Part shown: positions 48,192-58,302 of the stretch, piece after piece | Layout of the letters: every line of letters starts with the position of its first letter | How positions within the stretch are numbered: position 1 is the stretch's first letter | NCBI GenBank assembly: GCA_964384105.1 | Contig: CAYLJV010000001.1 | Span: 320,001 to 384,000, forward strand | DNA: 64,000 bases | Source: Candidatus Hadarchaeota archaeon | GTDB lineage: Archaea > Hadarchaeota > Hadarchaeia > Hadarchaeales > JAGGTB01 | Direction of reading: 5' to 3' | Notes under the pieces: generated by a model | The model's database searches: none | Told to the model about the DNA's origin: nothing | The model's input: only the letters and a program-made list of their open reading frames with translations | Made by a program: the position numbers and the translations under genes

Positions 48192-49766
48192 TTACTGATT
48201 TACTTCTTTTCCAATCATACATAGCCCTATTTCTTCTTTTTCAGTTTTCCTAGCATTGAGCACTGACACAATTTTACCTTCGTAGATAACTGCAATCCTG
48301 TCGCTTATCATCATTATTTCATCCAAGTCTTCGGATATCAACAGTATGCCTTTTCCTTTTTTCTTTTCATCCAGTAGAAGATTTCGAATATATTCTTGAG
48401 AACCGACGTCTAGTCCAGCCGTGGGTTTATCCACAAGAAGGAAGTCCGGATTATGAGAAAACTCTCTAGCTAACATGAGTCTCTGTATGTTGCCTCCCGA
48501 TAGCTTACCGGCCAGTTTGTCTAATGTGGGAGTTTGGATATCATACTGTTCTATTAGATTTTCTGCGTTTTCATTGACCTCTTTTTCGTTAACGAAAAAG
48601 TTTTTGTTCCAGGGTATTAACCAAGAATCTGCGAAAGGACAACGCCTGTGTAAACCAAGTATTAAATTTTCGGCTATAGAGCATTCGGGTACTATTCCAC
48701 TCACTCTTGCACTTTCTGGTAAATATCCAATACCTAATTCCCTTTTTTCTTTTGGTCCTTTGCTCGTAATGTCTTTGCCTTTGTATATTATCTGACCCTC
48801 CATAGGCTTCCTAAGACCCATAATAACTTCTACAAGTTCTTTCTGTCCATTTCCGCTCACACCGGCTATTCCAACGATCTCCCCCCTTCTAACTGATAAA
48901 GAAACTTCTTTCAAAGCTAGTGTATTTCTTTCGTTTAATGCTTTGACATTCTTTATCTCGAGGATTTTATCTCCTTTTTTGGAAGACGGATTTTTTAATT
49001 TGAAAAGAACTTCTCTGCCAACCATCTTTTTAGCTATGTCTTTTTTACTTAGATTCTCATTTTTGAAAGTATCAATTACCTTACCTTTTCTGAGAACAGT
49101 AATTCGATCGCTTAATTCAATTACTTCCGGCAGTTTGTGTGTGATAAAAGGAACAGCTGACAACCCTTCTTGGGACATTTTTTGTAAAGTTTTGATTAGT
49201 TCTCTTTTTTCAATAGGACATAGGAAAGCGGTTGGTTCATCTAGAACAAGAATTTCCGCACCTCGGAATAGTGCTTTGATTATTTCTACTTTTTGTTTTT
49301 CACCGGTTGAGATTTGCCATGGTGTGGCTTCTAGATCGACCTTTAAATTGAATTTTTTTTGTATATCTAATATTCTCTCTTTAGCTTTTTCCATATCGAT
49401 AAAGGGACCATTAGTGGGTTCATAGCCAAGTACTATGTTTTCTATAACTTTCAGTGTTGGTACCAACATTATTGATTGGTGGACCATACCAATTCCAAGT
49501 TTTATTGCGTCTTGGGGTGATTTTATGTCTACTTTTTTTCCCCAAACTCTAATTTCGCCTTCATCCATTTGGTATAGTCCGTAGAGAATATTCATTAGAG
49601 TCGTTTTTCCGGAACCATTCTCTCCGAGAATGCTGTGAGTTTCTCCTTTTTTAAGGTTGAAATCTATTTTGTCGTTCGCTATCACACCAGGGAACTTTTT
49701 TATTATCCCCTTCATTTCTAGGATAACCTTTCCTGATTTGAAATCCTCCGAAATAGAATTGCTCAT
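48192..49766 (-). CDS. ABC ATP-binding protein, two NBDs (NupA/YufO nucleoside type)
   Basis: GENGSGKTT, GIGMVHQ, LDEPTA, GIAGVSGNGQ and LSGGN. Confidence 0.93.
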   Translation of the reverse strand: MSNSISEDFKSGKVILEMKGIIKKFPGVIANDKIDFNLKKGETHSILGENGSGKTTLMNILYGLYQMDEGEIRVWGKKVDIKSPQDAIKLGIGMVHQSIMLVPTLKVIENIVLGYEPTNGPFIDMEKAKERILDIQKKFNLKVDLEATPWQISTGEKQKVEIIKALFRGAEILVLDEPTAFLCPIEKRELIKTLQKMSQEGLSAVPFITHKLPEVIELSDRITVLRKGKVIDTFKNENLSKKDIAKKMVGREVLFKLKNPSSKKGDKILEIKNVKALNERNTLALKEVSLSVRRGEIVGIAGVSGNGQKELVEVIMGLRKPMEGQIIYKGKDITSKGPKEKRELGIGYLPESARVSGIVPECSIAENLILGLHRRCPFADSWLIPWNKNFFVNEKEVNENAENLIEQYDIQTPTLDKLAGKLSGGNIQRLMLAREFSHNPDFLLVDKPTAGLDVGSQEYIRNLLLDEKKKGKGILLISEDLDEIMMISDRIAVIYEGKIVSVLNARKTEKEEIGLCMIGKEVNQ

Positions 49767-49890
49767 CTTTACCCCTTAATATATGTCTTTCTTTTAAGAT
49801 AATAATATTGCTAGGCTTTTGTTCTTGATATACTTATAACTTATATGGAACTTCGACCGTATTTTACTAAGGACTTGGGGGGATGAAAAG

Positions 49891-50922
49891 ATAGGAAAGG
49901 ACTCAGAAACGCAGATAATTAGTTCTTTTATATATATCGGCATTTTGGTATTAGCTTTATTAGCATCTCTCTTGGTAGCGGGTATTTCAACTGAATTGGG
50001 TATACAAGAAACTTTTAGTATATTTTTTTCCTCAATATTTTCAGTATCTGGTTTTCTCGATGTTCTGAGGAGAACCACGCCTCTTTTAATTGCGGCCATA
50101 GGTTTGGCGGTTGCCTTTAGAACTGGTTTTTGGAACATAGGTGGGGAAGGTCAGATAGTAATAGGTAGTTTAGTAGGTGTAGGAGTAAGCTTGTTCTTAG
50201 ACGCTCCTGTTTTTCTTAAAATATTTCTAGCATTTTTTCTTAGTTTTCTGGCAGGTGGTGCTTTTGCCGGAGTTCCGGGTTTTATGAAAGCAAAATGGGA
50301 TGTCAATGATATTGTTAGTACGATGATGTTGAATTTTGTTGCTCTCGCCTTGCTAACTTATTTAATCGTTGGTCCTTGGCATTATGGGACGTTATATCCA
50401 AGAACAGAACCGATACCCGGAGGTATGCAGCTTCCATTTATATCCTATCCGTTGAGTGTGACTTTTTTTTTAGCATTGGCTTTGGCATTTGTCGTATACC
50501 TACTTTTGAAAAAGACAACAATAGGATACGAAATGGAAATGGTTGGAAAGAACCCCACTGCGGCATATACATATGGGATTAGCACCACAAAAACTACCGT
50601 TTTAGCTGCAATAATAAGTGGCGGTGTATGTGCTTTAGCAGGGACTGCATTGGTTCTTGGTGAATTCTTTCGAGTTCAGGGCGGTATTTCTGGGAACTAT
50701 GGTTTTTATGCTATTGCGGTTGCTTTGCTAGCCAGAAATAAGGTAGAGTTTTTACTATTTGCCTCTTTGTTGGTTGCTATTATTATCACTGGTATGACAA
50801 GTTTGAGTGTTTCGGGTATGCCTAGTAGATTTGGTGAAGTTGTTGTGGGATTGATATTTATAATTGTATTTTTACCGGGGGTTTTGATTAAGAGCAAATT
50901 TTTGAAGGGGTTGTTGACCTAA
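49891..50922 (+). CDS. ABC permease (NupB/YufP type), start uncertain (ATA 49891 or TTG 49945)
   Basis: AFRTGFWNIGGEGQ, STMMLNF, GYE...G.N..AA...GI and YGF.AI.VALL. Confidence 0.88.
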   Translation: MGKDSETQIISSFIYIGILVLALLASLLVAGISTELGIQETFSIFFSSIFSVSGFLDVLRRTTPLLIAAIGLAVAFRTGFWNIGGEGQIVIGSLVGVGVSLFLDAPVFLKIFLAFFLSFLAGGAFAGVPGFMKAKWDVNDIVSTMMLNFVALALLTYLIVGPWHYGTLYPRTEPIPGGMQLPFISYPLSVTFFLALALAFVVYLLLKKTTIGYEMEMVGKNPTAAYTYGISTTKTTVLAAIISGGVCALAGTALVLGEFFRVQGGISGNYGFYAIAVALLARNKVEFLLFASLLVAIIITGMTSLSVSGMPSRFGEVVVGLIFIIVFLPGVLIKSKFLKGLLT

Positions 50923-51801
50923 ATGGATTGGCTAGGAATAATCAGTGGTATACTTTCATATTTTCCAGTAATTGGCCTTGCTGCTCTAGGTGAGCTCATA
51001 AGTCAGAAAGCGGGTGTTTACAATATTGGGATAGAAGGGATTGTAGCATTTGGTACGTTCTCAGGAATTCTTGGATATTATCTTACCGGCTCACTTTGGT
51101 TGTCTTTGCTAATTGGTTTCGTTCTCGCTTCTATATTTGGTGTTCTTCTATCAGTTCTATCCGTAAGTTTAAACTTCGACCAGATAGTTATCGGGTTCGG
51201 TCTTTGGTTTTTGGCTGAAGGTTTGGCAGGATTTCTTTATGCCATCGCCGTCCCTGGTGAATTTAATGTACCAGAGAGATTCGGCGAAGTTATTTTCAAT
51301 TTGAATCCTTTGATTTTCATAACAATCGGGTTATTTGTATTTTTCTTTGTCTTACTTCGTTGGACAAAGGAGGGATTGGCAATAAGAGTTGTAGGAGAAA
51401 GACCAGAAGTAGCCGACACAGCAGGGATTAATGTTTCAAAAGTTAGATGGATTTGCTGCATAGTAGGGGCTGGGCTAATGGGGTTAGCTGGAGCGTATCT
51501 TGCAGTGCATGTTCTTCAAGGCTTTACATACAAGATGGTTGCAGGTTATGGTTGGATAGCTTTTGCTATTACATTATTTGGAAGATGGTCTCCTGGGGGT
51601 ATTCTCTTTGGTTCGGTTTTTTTCTCTTCTTTAATAGGAATACAGACTCGCTTACAAGTTGCGAAGATATTGTTTATACCAAAAGAGTTTATGGTGGTAT
51701 TGCCCCATATTGGAGTAGTGGTATTGTTGGCAATATTGGGTATTTGGGGTAGAAAGACAGGTATGCCCGCAGCTCTAGGAAAACCCTATGAAAGGGAGTA
51801 G
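50923..51801 (+). CDS. ABC permease (NupC/YufQ type)
   Basis: GE.ISQKAGV.NIG.EG, GE.P..AD.AGI.V, AG.GWIA and PAALG.PY. Confidence 0.92.
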   Translation: MDWLGIISGILSYFPVIGLAALGELISQKAGVYNIGIEGIVAFGTFSGILGYYLTGSLWLSLLIGFVLASIFGVLLSVLSVSLNFDQIVIGFGLWFLAEGLAGFLYAIAVPGEFNVPERFGEVIFNLNPLIFITIGLFVFFFVLLRWTKEGLAIRVVGERPEVADTAGINVSKVRWICCIVGAGLMGLAGAYLAVHVLQGFTYKMVAGYGWIAFAITLFGRWSPGGILFGSVFFSSLIGIQTRLQVAKILFIPKEFMVVLPHIGVVVLLAILGIWGRKTGMPAALGKPYERE

Positions 51802-51899
51802 TTTCATTCTCTGGCTCTCTATCAACTTTTGTAGGTAGAATTTTTAAGTTGTTGTAACTTCGAAGAAAAATTTGTTAGAATTAAATTCTTATTAACTTA

Positions 51900-53642
51900 T
51901 CAATTCTTAGGCTTTCCATTATGTCCCCAGTTTCGAATTTTATAGTAATTATCTAGCATCTTCTCAAAATCTTTTCTACTAATTTCTCTCCCACTTGCAG
52001 GACCAGGTCCCGTAACGGGTTTTGTCATGAGTTTGGGTAAGTAATCATCTTTACGGCTGAAGCCTTCTTTTACGTTGAATTTTCTGGTCATGTTCCAAAC
52101 TTTTTCACCTAAGTTTTTCAATTCCTCCGTTGAATAATCATAACCTAGTAATTTCAACCATTCTTCTCCTAGGTCGTCGAGATAGGCGAACCTTCCAAAG
52201 TCACACAAGATATAGCACCAGAATAGTGAATTTCTATCCTGTCCTTCTTTTAGGATTTCCGCCTGGGCATCATAGTCCCATCTCGAATTTCCGAAAAATG
52301 TTGTTGGTCCAACAACCCAAGCTCGCTTATGGCAGGCTCCTCGATCGCTTGTAGCGTATTCAAGTGCCATACCAACGGAGCCTCGCGGGTCATAGCCCGG
52401 ATAATCCATACCTTTACACTCAGCGGCGAATTTTCTTCCACCATAAACGCTTGTTGCCTTTAGTATTCCTTGAGATAAAATTTCCCCTAATTCCCCTTCT
52501 CGGTGAGCAATTTTTTTCAGGACTTTAATGCTCTGTTTTGCATCACCAAATTTAATTGGGTAATCTATTATCCCTTCTTCGCTACACCTCATTAACCAAG
52601 CCAGAATGTTGCCAGTGGAAATTGTATCGATCCCATAATCGTTACAGAGATGATCAAGTTTAGCAACACTGCTTTTGTCCTTTATTCCACAGTTATACCC
52701 AAACATAGCTATTGTTTCGTATTCCGGTCCCTTTTGGGTAATGATATTAAATTCTCCATTTAAATCAAGAGAGTAACCACATGCTAGGGGGCAATTGTAG
52801 CAGGATTTTCTGCCCCTAATTGTTTTCTTAAAACTCTCTAGAGTTATAGAATCACAATTTTCACATTGGCTTTTTTTCCATCCTTCTGTAGGTAAAACCC
52901 CAACCCCATTAGAGGCTGCGATAGTATTCATAGTACCGGTATTAATGAAGGATTGGGTGGCGGGACTATTGCGGAGTTCTTTAGAATATTTAATAGATAA
53001 TTTTTTGATTTCTTCGGGAATATTAGGTCGATTTTTGTTTACGACTACACATTTCAGATTTTTCGAACCCATTACGGCTCCACTTCCTCCTCGCCCCGCA
53101 TGATGGGTTCCACGATCACATGAGATCGTCGCGTATCTAACTTTTTTTTCTCCAGCTAATCCGATTCCCGCAACTTCTGAATTTTTCCCAAATATATCGT
53201 ATAGTTCATTGACACTTTTCCCTGAGAGATTTTTTGCATTTTTTAAGTTTATATTATTCTTGTCTATTTCCAAATAAACAAGTTCTTCTGCTTTTCCTTC
53301 GAAGACTATTCCTAAATAGTCAAATAAAGCAAACCTTAAATTAGCCGGAAAATTACCACCACAATAACAATCAAGAAAAGCCCCTGTTAGTGGAGATTTT
53401 GTTATAACTGCATAACGAGACGATGCCGGAGCGAGAGCCGTCATCGGCCCCCAAGCAAAAATAAGTATATTATCATGAGATATCGGATCGATCCCTGGTT
53501 TAAGCTCTTTCAATAGGTGATGAACGCCGAAACCTTTTCCACCTATGTATTCAAAATCATTAGGCAGAGTCTCTGTAGAAATCTCCTCGTTAGATAGATC
53601 CACACGGAGAAATCTGTTCGGTTTAGAAATATTTTTTACCAT
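51900..53642 (-). CDS. aor: Tungsten-containing aldehyde:ferredoxin oxidoreductase family protein
   Basis: GG.G, KSPLTG, GRGG.GAVMGSKNLK, C..CP..C, GPEYET and YDPRG..RGACH. Confidence 0.93.
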   Translation of the reverse strand: MVKNISKPNRFLRVDLSNEEISTETLPNDFEYIGGKGFGVHHLLKELKPGIDPISHDNILIFAWGPMTALAPASSRYAVITKSPLTGAFLDCYCGGNFPANLRFALFDYLGIVFEGKAEELVYLEIDKNNINLKNAKNLSGKSVNELYDIFGKNSEVAGIGLAGEKKVRYATISCDRGTHHAGRGGSGAVMGSKNLKCVVVNKNRPNIPEEIKKLSIKYSKELRNSPATQSFINTGTMNTIAASNGVGVLPTEGWKKSQCENCDSITLESFKKTIRGRKSCYNCPLACGYSLDLNGEFNIITQKGPEYETIAMFGYNCGIKDKSSVAKLDHLCNDYGIDTISTGNILAWLMRCSEEGIIDYPIKFGDAKQSIKVLKKIAHREGELGEILSQGILKATSVYGGRKFAAECKGMDYPGYDPRGSVGMALEYATSDRGACHKRAWVVGPTTFFGNSRWDYDAQAEILKEGQDRNSLFWCYILCDFGRFAYLDDLGEEWLKLLGYDYSTEELKNLGEKVWNMTRKFNVKEGFSRKDDYLPKLMTKPVTGPGPASGREISRKDFEKMLDNYYKIRNWGHNGKPKN

Positions 53643-53954
53643 ATTGTGCCTCTGACCGTTTATTATTGTTTATATCTATAATATTTAGTTTACGAAAAAT
53701 TTTCCTACGTACAATTTTTATTATTGTTTTGAAAGTGATAATTCCTATAAAATGATAGGAGAACTTTTTTAATATTTTTTAATCTCTTTTCTAGCTTCAA
53801 TTGCTTTCTATTTTATTATTAACGAAATTATTTCTGTTATTTCCAGAATCAATTGCCTAATATTTTTTACCTAAGGTTTAAAATAAAAATAAAGTTCTCT
53901 TTTTTTGAGTTAATTATTAACCTTTTTTCACTATAATTAAAGTAAGGATAAAAA

Positions 53955-55211
53955 ATGAAAAATAAGCAAATTTTATCAAAGGTAAGAGAAAACAGAGAGG
54001 AGCTTATAAATTTTGCTACTAAACTCATAAACTTCAAGACATCCAACCCTCCAGGTGAAAATTATCAAAGAGCTCAAAAATGGTTTGCAAAAAAGTTACA
54101 AGAAATAGGTATGAAGGTTGAAACCTTCGAAATTTATCCTAATGAACCAAACGTGATTAGTTTATTGGAAGGATTAGGAAAAAAGACTTTGATTTTCAAT
54201 GGTCATATGGACGTTGCTCAGGTTAAGGAAAGTGAAAAATGGAACTTTGATCCTTTCAATGCCAAATATGACAAAGAATTTTTGTATGGAAGGGGTTCTA
54301 CCGATATGAAGGGAGGGTTGGCTGCAGTATACATTGCTATAAAAACACTTTGTGATAATGGATTCGATTTTAATCAAAATATAATGTTTCAATCTGTTGT
54401 GGGGGAGGAGGCAGGTGAACATGGCACCAAGATGGCCTTAGAAAAGGGATACACTGGAGATTTTGCTATTGTTCCAGAGCCCAACAACTTGAAAATACAA
54501 GGACAGGGAGGAGCAATTACTCTTTGGATTAAGCTGAAAAGCGACAGAGTATATCATGATGGTACGAGGAGAAAATTAATTCATGCAGGCGGTGGGATCG
54601 AAGGAGCTAGTATGATCGAAAAGGCTTGTAAAATCTTGATTGGTATGCAAGACTTAGAAAAATATTGGAGTGTGATGAAAAAGTATCCGGGCATGCCGCC
54701 GGGGGCAAATACGATAAATCCTTCCGTTATAAATGGCGGAAGAAATCCTGCATTTATTGCTGACGAATGCAAGGTTTGGTATAGTATACACTTCTTACCA
54801 AATGAAAAAGTAGAAGAAGTGAAAAAAGAAGTATCAACTCATATAGAAAAGGTTTCTGAATCGGATCCGTGGCTCAGAAATAATCCTCCAAAGTTGGAAT
54901 GGGGGGGAAATTCTTTATTTAAGGGAACTGGAGAAGTATTTCCGTCTGCCGAAATTGAAATAGAAAATTGTTTTGTTCAATCTTTCATAAAAAACTATGA
55001 AGATATTTTCGGAAAAAACCCTAAACCATCAATTTGGCCTTCAGTCAGTGATGCTGGTTGGTTTTCGGAGTTTGGGATACCTGTTGTCATATGTGGTCCT
55101 GGAAGAATAGAAGAAGCTCACTCCGTAAACGAAAAGGTAGAAATTGACCAACTTATTAAAGCTGCCGAGTTATATGCTAGTTACATTATTAACTTCTGTG
55201 AAGAAAGATAA
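53955..55211 (+). CDS. M20 ArgE-family hydrolase, YlmB-like formylaminopyrimidine deformylase
   Basis: NGHMDVA, GRG..DMKGG, GEE.GE.GT, plus QGQGG.IT.W..HDGTRR..IHAGGG..GAS.IEK and NTINP.VI.GGR..AFIADEC segments that I recall from Bacillus YlmB. Confidence 0.82.
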   Translation: MKNKQILSKVRENREELINFATKLINFKTSNPPGENYQRAQKWFAKKLQEIGMKVETFEIYPNEPNVISLLEGLGKKTLIFNGHMDVAQVKESEKWNFDPFNAKYDKEFLYGRGSTDMKGGLAAVYIAIKTLCDNGFDFNQNIMFQSVVGEEAGEHGTKMALEKGYTGDFAIVPEPNNLKIQGQGGAITLWIKLKSDRVYHDGTRRKLIHAGGGIEGASMIEKACKILIGMQDLEKYWSVMKKYPGMPPGANTINPSVINGGRNPAFIADECKVWYSIHFLPNEKVEEVKKEVSTHIEKVSESDPWLRNNPPKLEWGGNSLFKGTGEVFPSAEIEIENCFVQSFIKNYEDIFGKNPKPSIWPSVSDAGWFSEFGIPVVICGPGRIEEAHSVNEKVEIDQLIKAAELYASYIINFCEER

Positions 55212-55339
55212 GCTTTTAAGAATTAACAATACTACTATCGTACTATTTATTGTACTTGGGTTACTTGTAAACATTTTTTTATTAGTAAGCGGTATATTCT
55301 TTTAGTATTAATTAATTAGGTAAGTTATTGGTGTAATTT

Positions 55340-56365
55340 ATGAAATCAGTACGTTTTTATGGAAAAGATAAACCTCTCAAGGTTGAAGAGATAAAAGTTC
55401 CGGAAATAAGAAGCGAAGAAGTTTTAACTAAAGTTAAGGCTGCTGGTATTTGTCATACAGATTTACATTTTTTGGATGGAACTCTTGAGCCCTGGAAGGG
55501 CGAGTTACCATTGATCTTGGGTCATGAGGTTTCGGGTGAAGTTATAAGAACTGGCGAAGATGTCAAGAGTTTCAAAAAAGGCGATAGGGTAATCATTAAT
55601 AATAATCTGAACTGTGGTGAGTGTAAATATTGTAAATTTGGTCGCGAGAATCTCTGTTCGAATTTGGATCAATATGGTTTTACCGTGGATGGTGGGTACG
55701 CGGAGATGATAAAAGTGAAGGAATCTAGTCTTTTGGAGTTGCCTGAGGAGATTCCTTTTGAAATAGGATCCATTTTACCTTGTTCTGTTGCATCAGTGTA
55801 CCATGGATTAGTCAAAATAGCGGATTTGAGAAAAAACGACACTTTGTTGATAAATGGGTTTGGTGGTTTAGGAAACAGTGCACTGCAAATAGCTAAGTAT
55901 TTGGAAGTTAGGACTTTGATAGTTGATGTTTCAGAGGAGAAGTTAAAGTCTGCTAGTGAAAATGGTGCTGACTTTGTAATAAACGCTGCTAAAGACAATG
56001 TTATTGATAAAGTTATGGAATTTACAGAAGGGGAGGGATTAAATGCCGCTGTTGAATTTGTAGGCACAGCTACCTCGATGAAAAATGCTTTGGATTCTCT
56101 AGGAAAAATGGGTCGGTACTTAATTATTGGTTATACGAGTGATAAATTGGAGATTACTCCTTTGAATATGGTTGTCAATGAAATTGAAATATTGAGCTCA
56201 GTCGCTTATACCATGGAGGATTTGAAGGAGGTCGTCGAATTAGTGGCTGATGGGAAGATTGAACCAAAAATATCAAAGATAGTTAGTCTTGAGGAGATTC
56301 CCGCTACTTTAGAAGAATTGAGAAAAGGAAGAATAAAAGGAAGAGCCGTTGCTAAAATGGATTAG
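55340..56365 (+). CDS. Zinc-dependent alcohol dehydrogenase
   Basis: GICHTD, GHE, CGECKYC..C and GFGGLG. Confidence 0.93.
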   Translation: MKSVRFYGKDKPLKVEEIKVPEIRSEEVLTKVKAAGICHTDLHFLDGTLEPWKGELPLILGHEVSGEVIRTGEDVKSFKKGDRVIINNNLNCGECKYCKFGRENLCSNLDQYGFTVDGGYAEMIKVKESSLLELPEEIPFEIGSILPCSVASVYHGLVKIADLRKNDTLLINGFGGLGNSALQIAKYLEVRTLIVDVSEEKLKSASENGADFVINAAKDNVIDKVMEFTEGEGLNAAVEFVGTATSMKNALDSLGKMGRYLIIGYTSDKLEITPLNMVVNEIEILSSVAYTMEDLKEVVELVADGKIEPKISKIVSLEEIPATLEELRKGRIKGRAVAKMD

Positions 56366-56465
56366 TTATTATTTTTTAATCAATTTTTTTGATATCGGGG
56401 AAAATAAAATAGATTCCACTATTTATAATAAAAATATAAATAGAAGTATCAAGGCTAATCAACTA

Positions 56466-57905
56466 ATGAAGACTGTTTTTGATGGGGGGAAGATTGTAAC
56501 GGGAGATGGAAATACTATCATCGAGAAAGGATATGTTGTCACTCATGATGGATTAATAACGGAGGTAGGAAAAGGCTCCTACTCTAAAACCCATAAGAGT
56601 GGTAGGATCATAGAAGCCAGTGACAAATTGATCATTCCTGGAATAATAAACCATCACGAACACTATCTAACATTTGGACCTGGAATTGTTGGGGAGTATC
56701 CTTGGTACGAAGAGAAAGTTATAGAAAATTTAAATAAGCATATGCTTCAGGGTACTACCACCATACTCAATCAGGATGGGTTGATAACCCCAGAAGAGTT
56801 CGCTAAAACTAATTATTTACATCCGATAAATCTTAAGACCACAACCCTTCATATAAAACCGTATATTGAAGCGGCTGAGATAATCAGCGAATGTCCAGGA
56901 CTTTCGGAAGAACATAGGAAGCTTACGGTCGGTGAAATGGTGAATAATGGTGCTGTGGCTATTGGTGAAGTTGAAGAGTTGACAACACTATCTACTTTCT
57001 ATTTTCCCAAAATTATCAAAAAAAGGACAGGATATTATATAACTTCTAAAGATGCTCGTCGACTACTAAGGGCCATACTCGGTAACGTTGATAACCCACC
57101 GGATTTTGATCCTCAAAAAGTTAATAGTATCCTAGAGGATATTGACCTCGCAGAAAAATTAGACCCTGTTGAAATTAAAAATTTATTTGAAGAAACCATC
57201 CTTAAACAACACAAGATTTGCAAGAAAGTTTATTCAGAAGCGGGAAGACTTGGTGCGAAATATAACATACCGGTTGTAGTACATTATAGTTTAGAATGCA
57301 TGAATTGGGTTGTTGAATTGGCTGAGAAATTTGCCAAAAAGGTTAATATTATAGCAGCTCATTGTGACTCAGTTACTTTTTCAGATGTTGAAGCTGCTAT
57401 AGAAACTACGAAGAAACTGAAGAAGATGGGGGTAATAGCCAATACTACTTCGTATATGAAAAATCACAATGAAATCACTGATATTTCGGCAAGGCTTTTC
57501 GAGGAAAATTTAGTCGATAACATATGCACTGATGGGATAATGGAACACGATTCTATACTATTCTTTATAGAGCGTCTTATGGAGGAAAATCTTGTGGGTT
57601 TATCGGAGGCGATAGCGATGGTTACTAGTAATGTGGTGGATGCGATTCCCAATCTTGCACCCCACAGGGGTCTGATAAAAGAAGGTAAAATAGCAGATTT
57701 GGTGCTTGTTGACGAGCAAGAAATCTCAAATGTAGAAAAAGTGATGATCGGTGGAGAAATTGTGGTTGAAAACGGTGCGAGGCCTAGAGAAGAAGTTCCC
57801 CTAATGGAGCCGTCCGTATATGATCCGGAAGGTAGGAATCCTGTAAGATCTTTATATACGAAATTACCAAGTAAGTTAACAAGAGAGAATAGTTGGTTGG
57901 TATAG
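56466..57905 (+). CDS. Divergent amidohydrolase family protein
   Basis: IIPGIINHHEH, GTTT, VVH, AAH, CTD and RG.I..GK.ADLV. Start re-set to ATG 56466. Confidence 0.75.
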   Translation: MKTVFDGGKIVTGDGNTIIEKGYVVTHDGLITEVGKGSYSKTHKSGRIIEASDKLIIPGIINHHEHYLTFGPGIVGEYPWYEEKVIENLNKHMLQGTTTILNQDGLITPEEFAKTNYLHPINLKTTTLHIKPYIEAAEIISECPGLSEEHRKLTVGEMVNNGAVAIGEVEELTTLSTFYFPKIIKKRTGYYITSKDARRLLRAILGNVDNPPDFDPQKVNSILEDIDLAEKLDPVEIKNLFEETILKQHKICKKVYSEAGRLGAKYNIPVVVHYSLECMNWVVELAEKFAKKVNIIAAHCDSVTFSDVEAAIETTKKLKKMGVIANTTSYMKNHNEITDISARLFEENLVDNICTDGIMEHDSILFFIERLMEENLVGLSEAIAMVTSNVVDAIPNLAPHRGLIKEGKIADLVLVDEQEISNVEKVMIGGEIVVENGARPREEVPLMEPSVYDPEGRNPVRSLYTKLPSKLTRENSWLV

Positions 57906-58050
57906 TATTTCTGTAAAGAAGTTGTCTCATTTTTTAATTGCTTTTGATTTACGTAAGTTTGTTTAAATCCATACTAAAAAGGATTAAATTAATTGCTCTA
58001 GGTGCAAGAAATACTTATAGGATTTAAAATTCACTATTGTAACTCGTAGT

Positions 58051-58296
58051 ATGAAAATAATTACTGACTCTAATCTTTGTACTGGGTGCCGTACTTGTGA
58101 GGTTATCTGTACTTATCATCACGAGGGAGCTTTTGGAAGGAGTTCTTCAAGTATTGCAGTTGAGAGAAATGAAGAGAGGGGAGTATTCGAGATTAAGATA
58201 GAGGAGAGGGGTGAACATGCTTGTGATTTATGTGGTGGAGATCCTCTCTGCGTAAAATACTGTGCAGTGGATGCAATAAAAATAAAGAAGAGTTGA
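58051..58296 (+). CDS. 4Fe-4S subunit of AOR-family enzyme
   Basis: CTGCRTCEVIC and CDLCGGDPLCVKYC. Confidence 0.88.
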   Translation: MKIITDSNLCTGCRTCEVICTYHHEGAFGRSSSSIAVERNEERGVFEIKIEERGEHACDLCGGDPLCVKYCAVDAIKIKKS

Positions 58297-58302
58297 TTAG
58301 AC

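Noticed and set aside
56349-56465. Overlap of the amidohydrolase ORF with the Zn-ADH gene
   Set aside because: AT-rich intergenic sequence. The fold starts at MKTVFDGG (56466).
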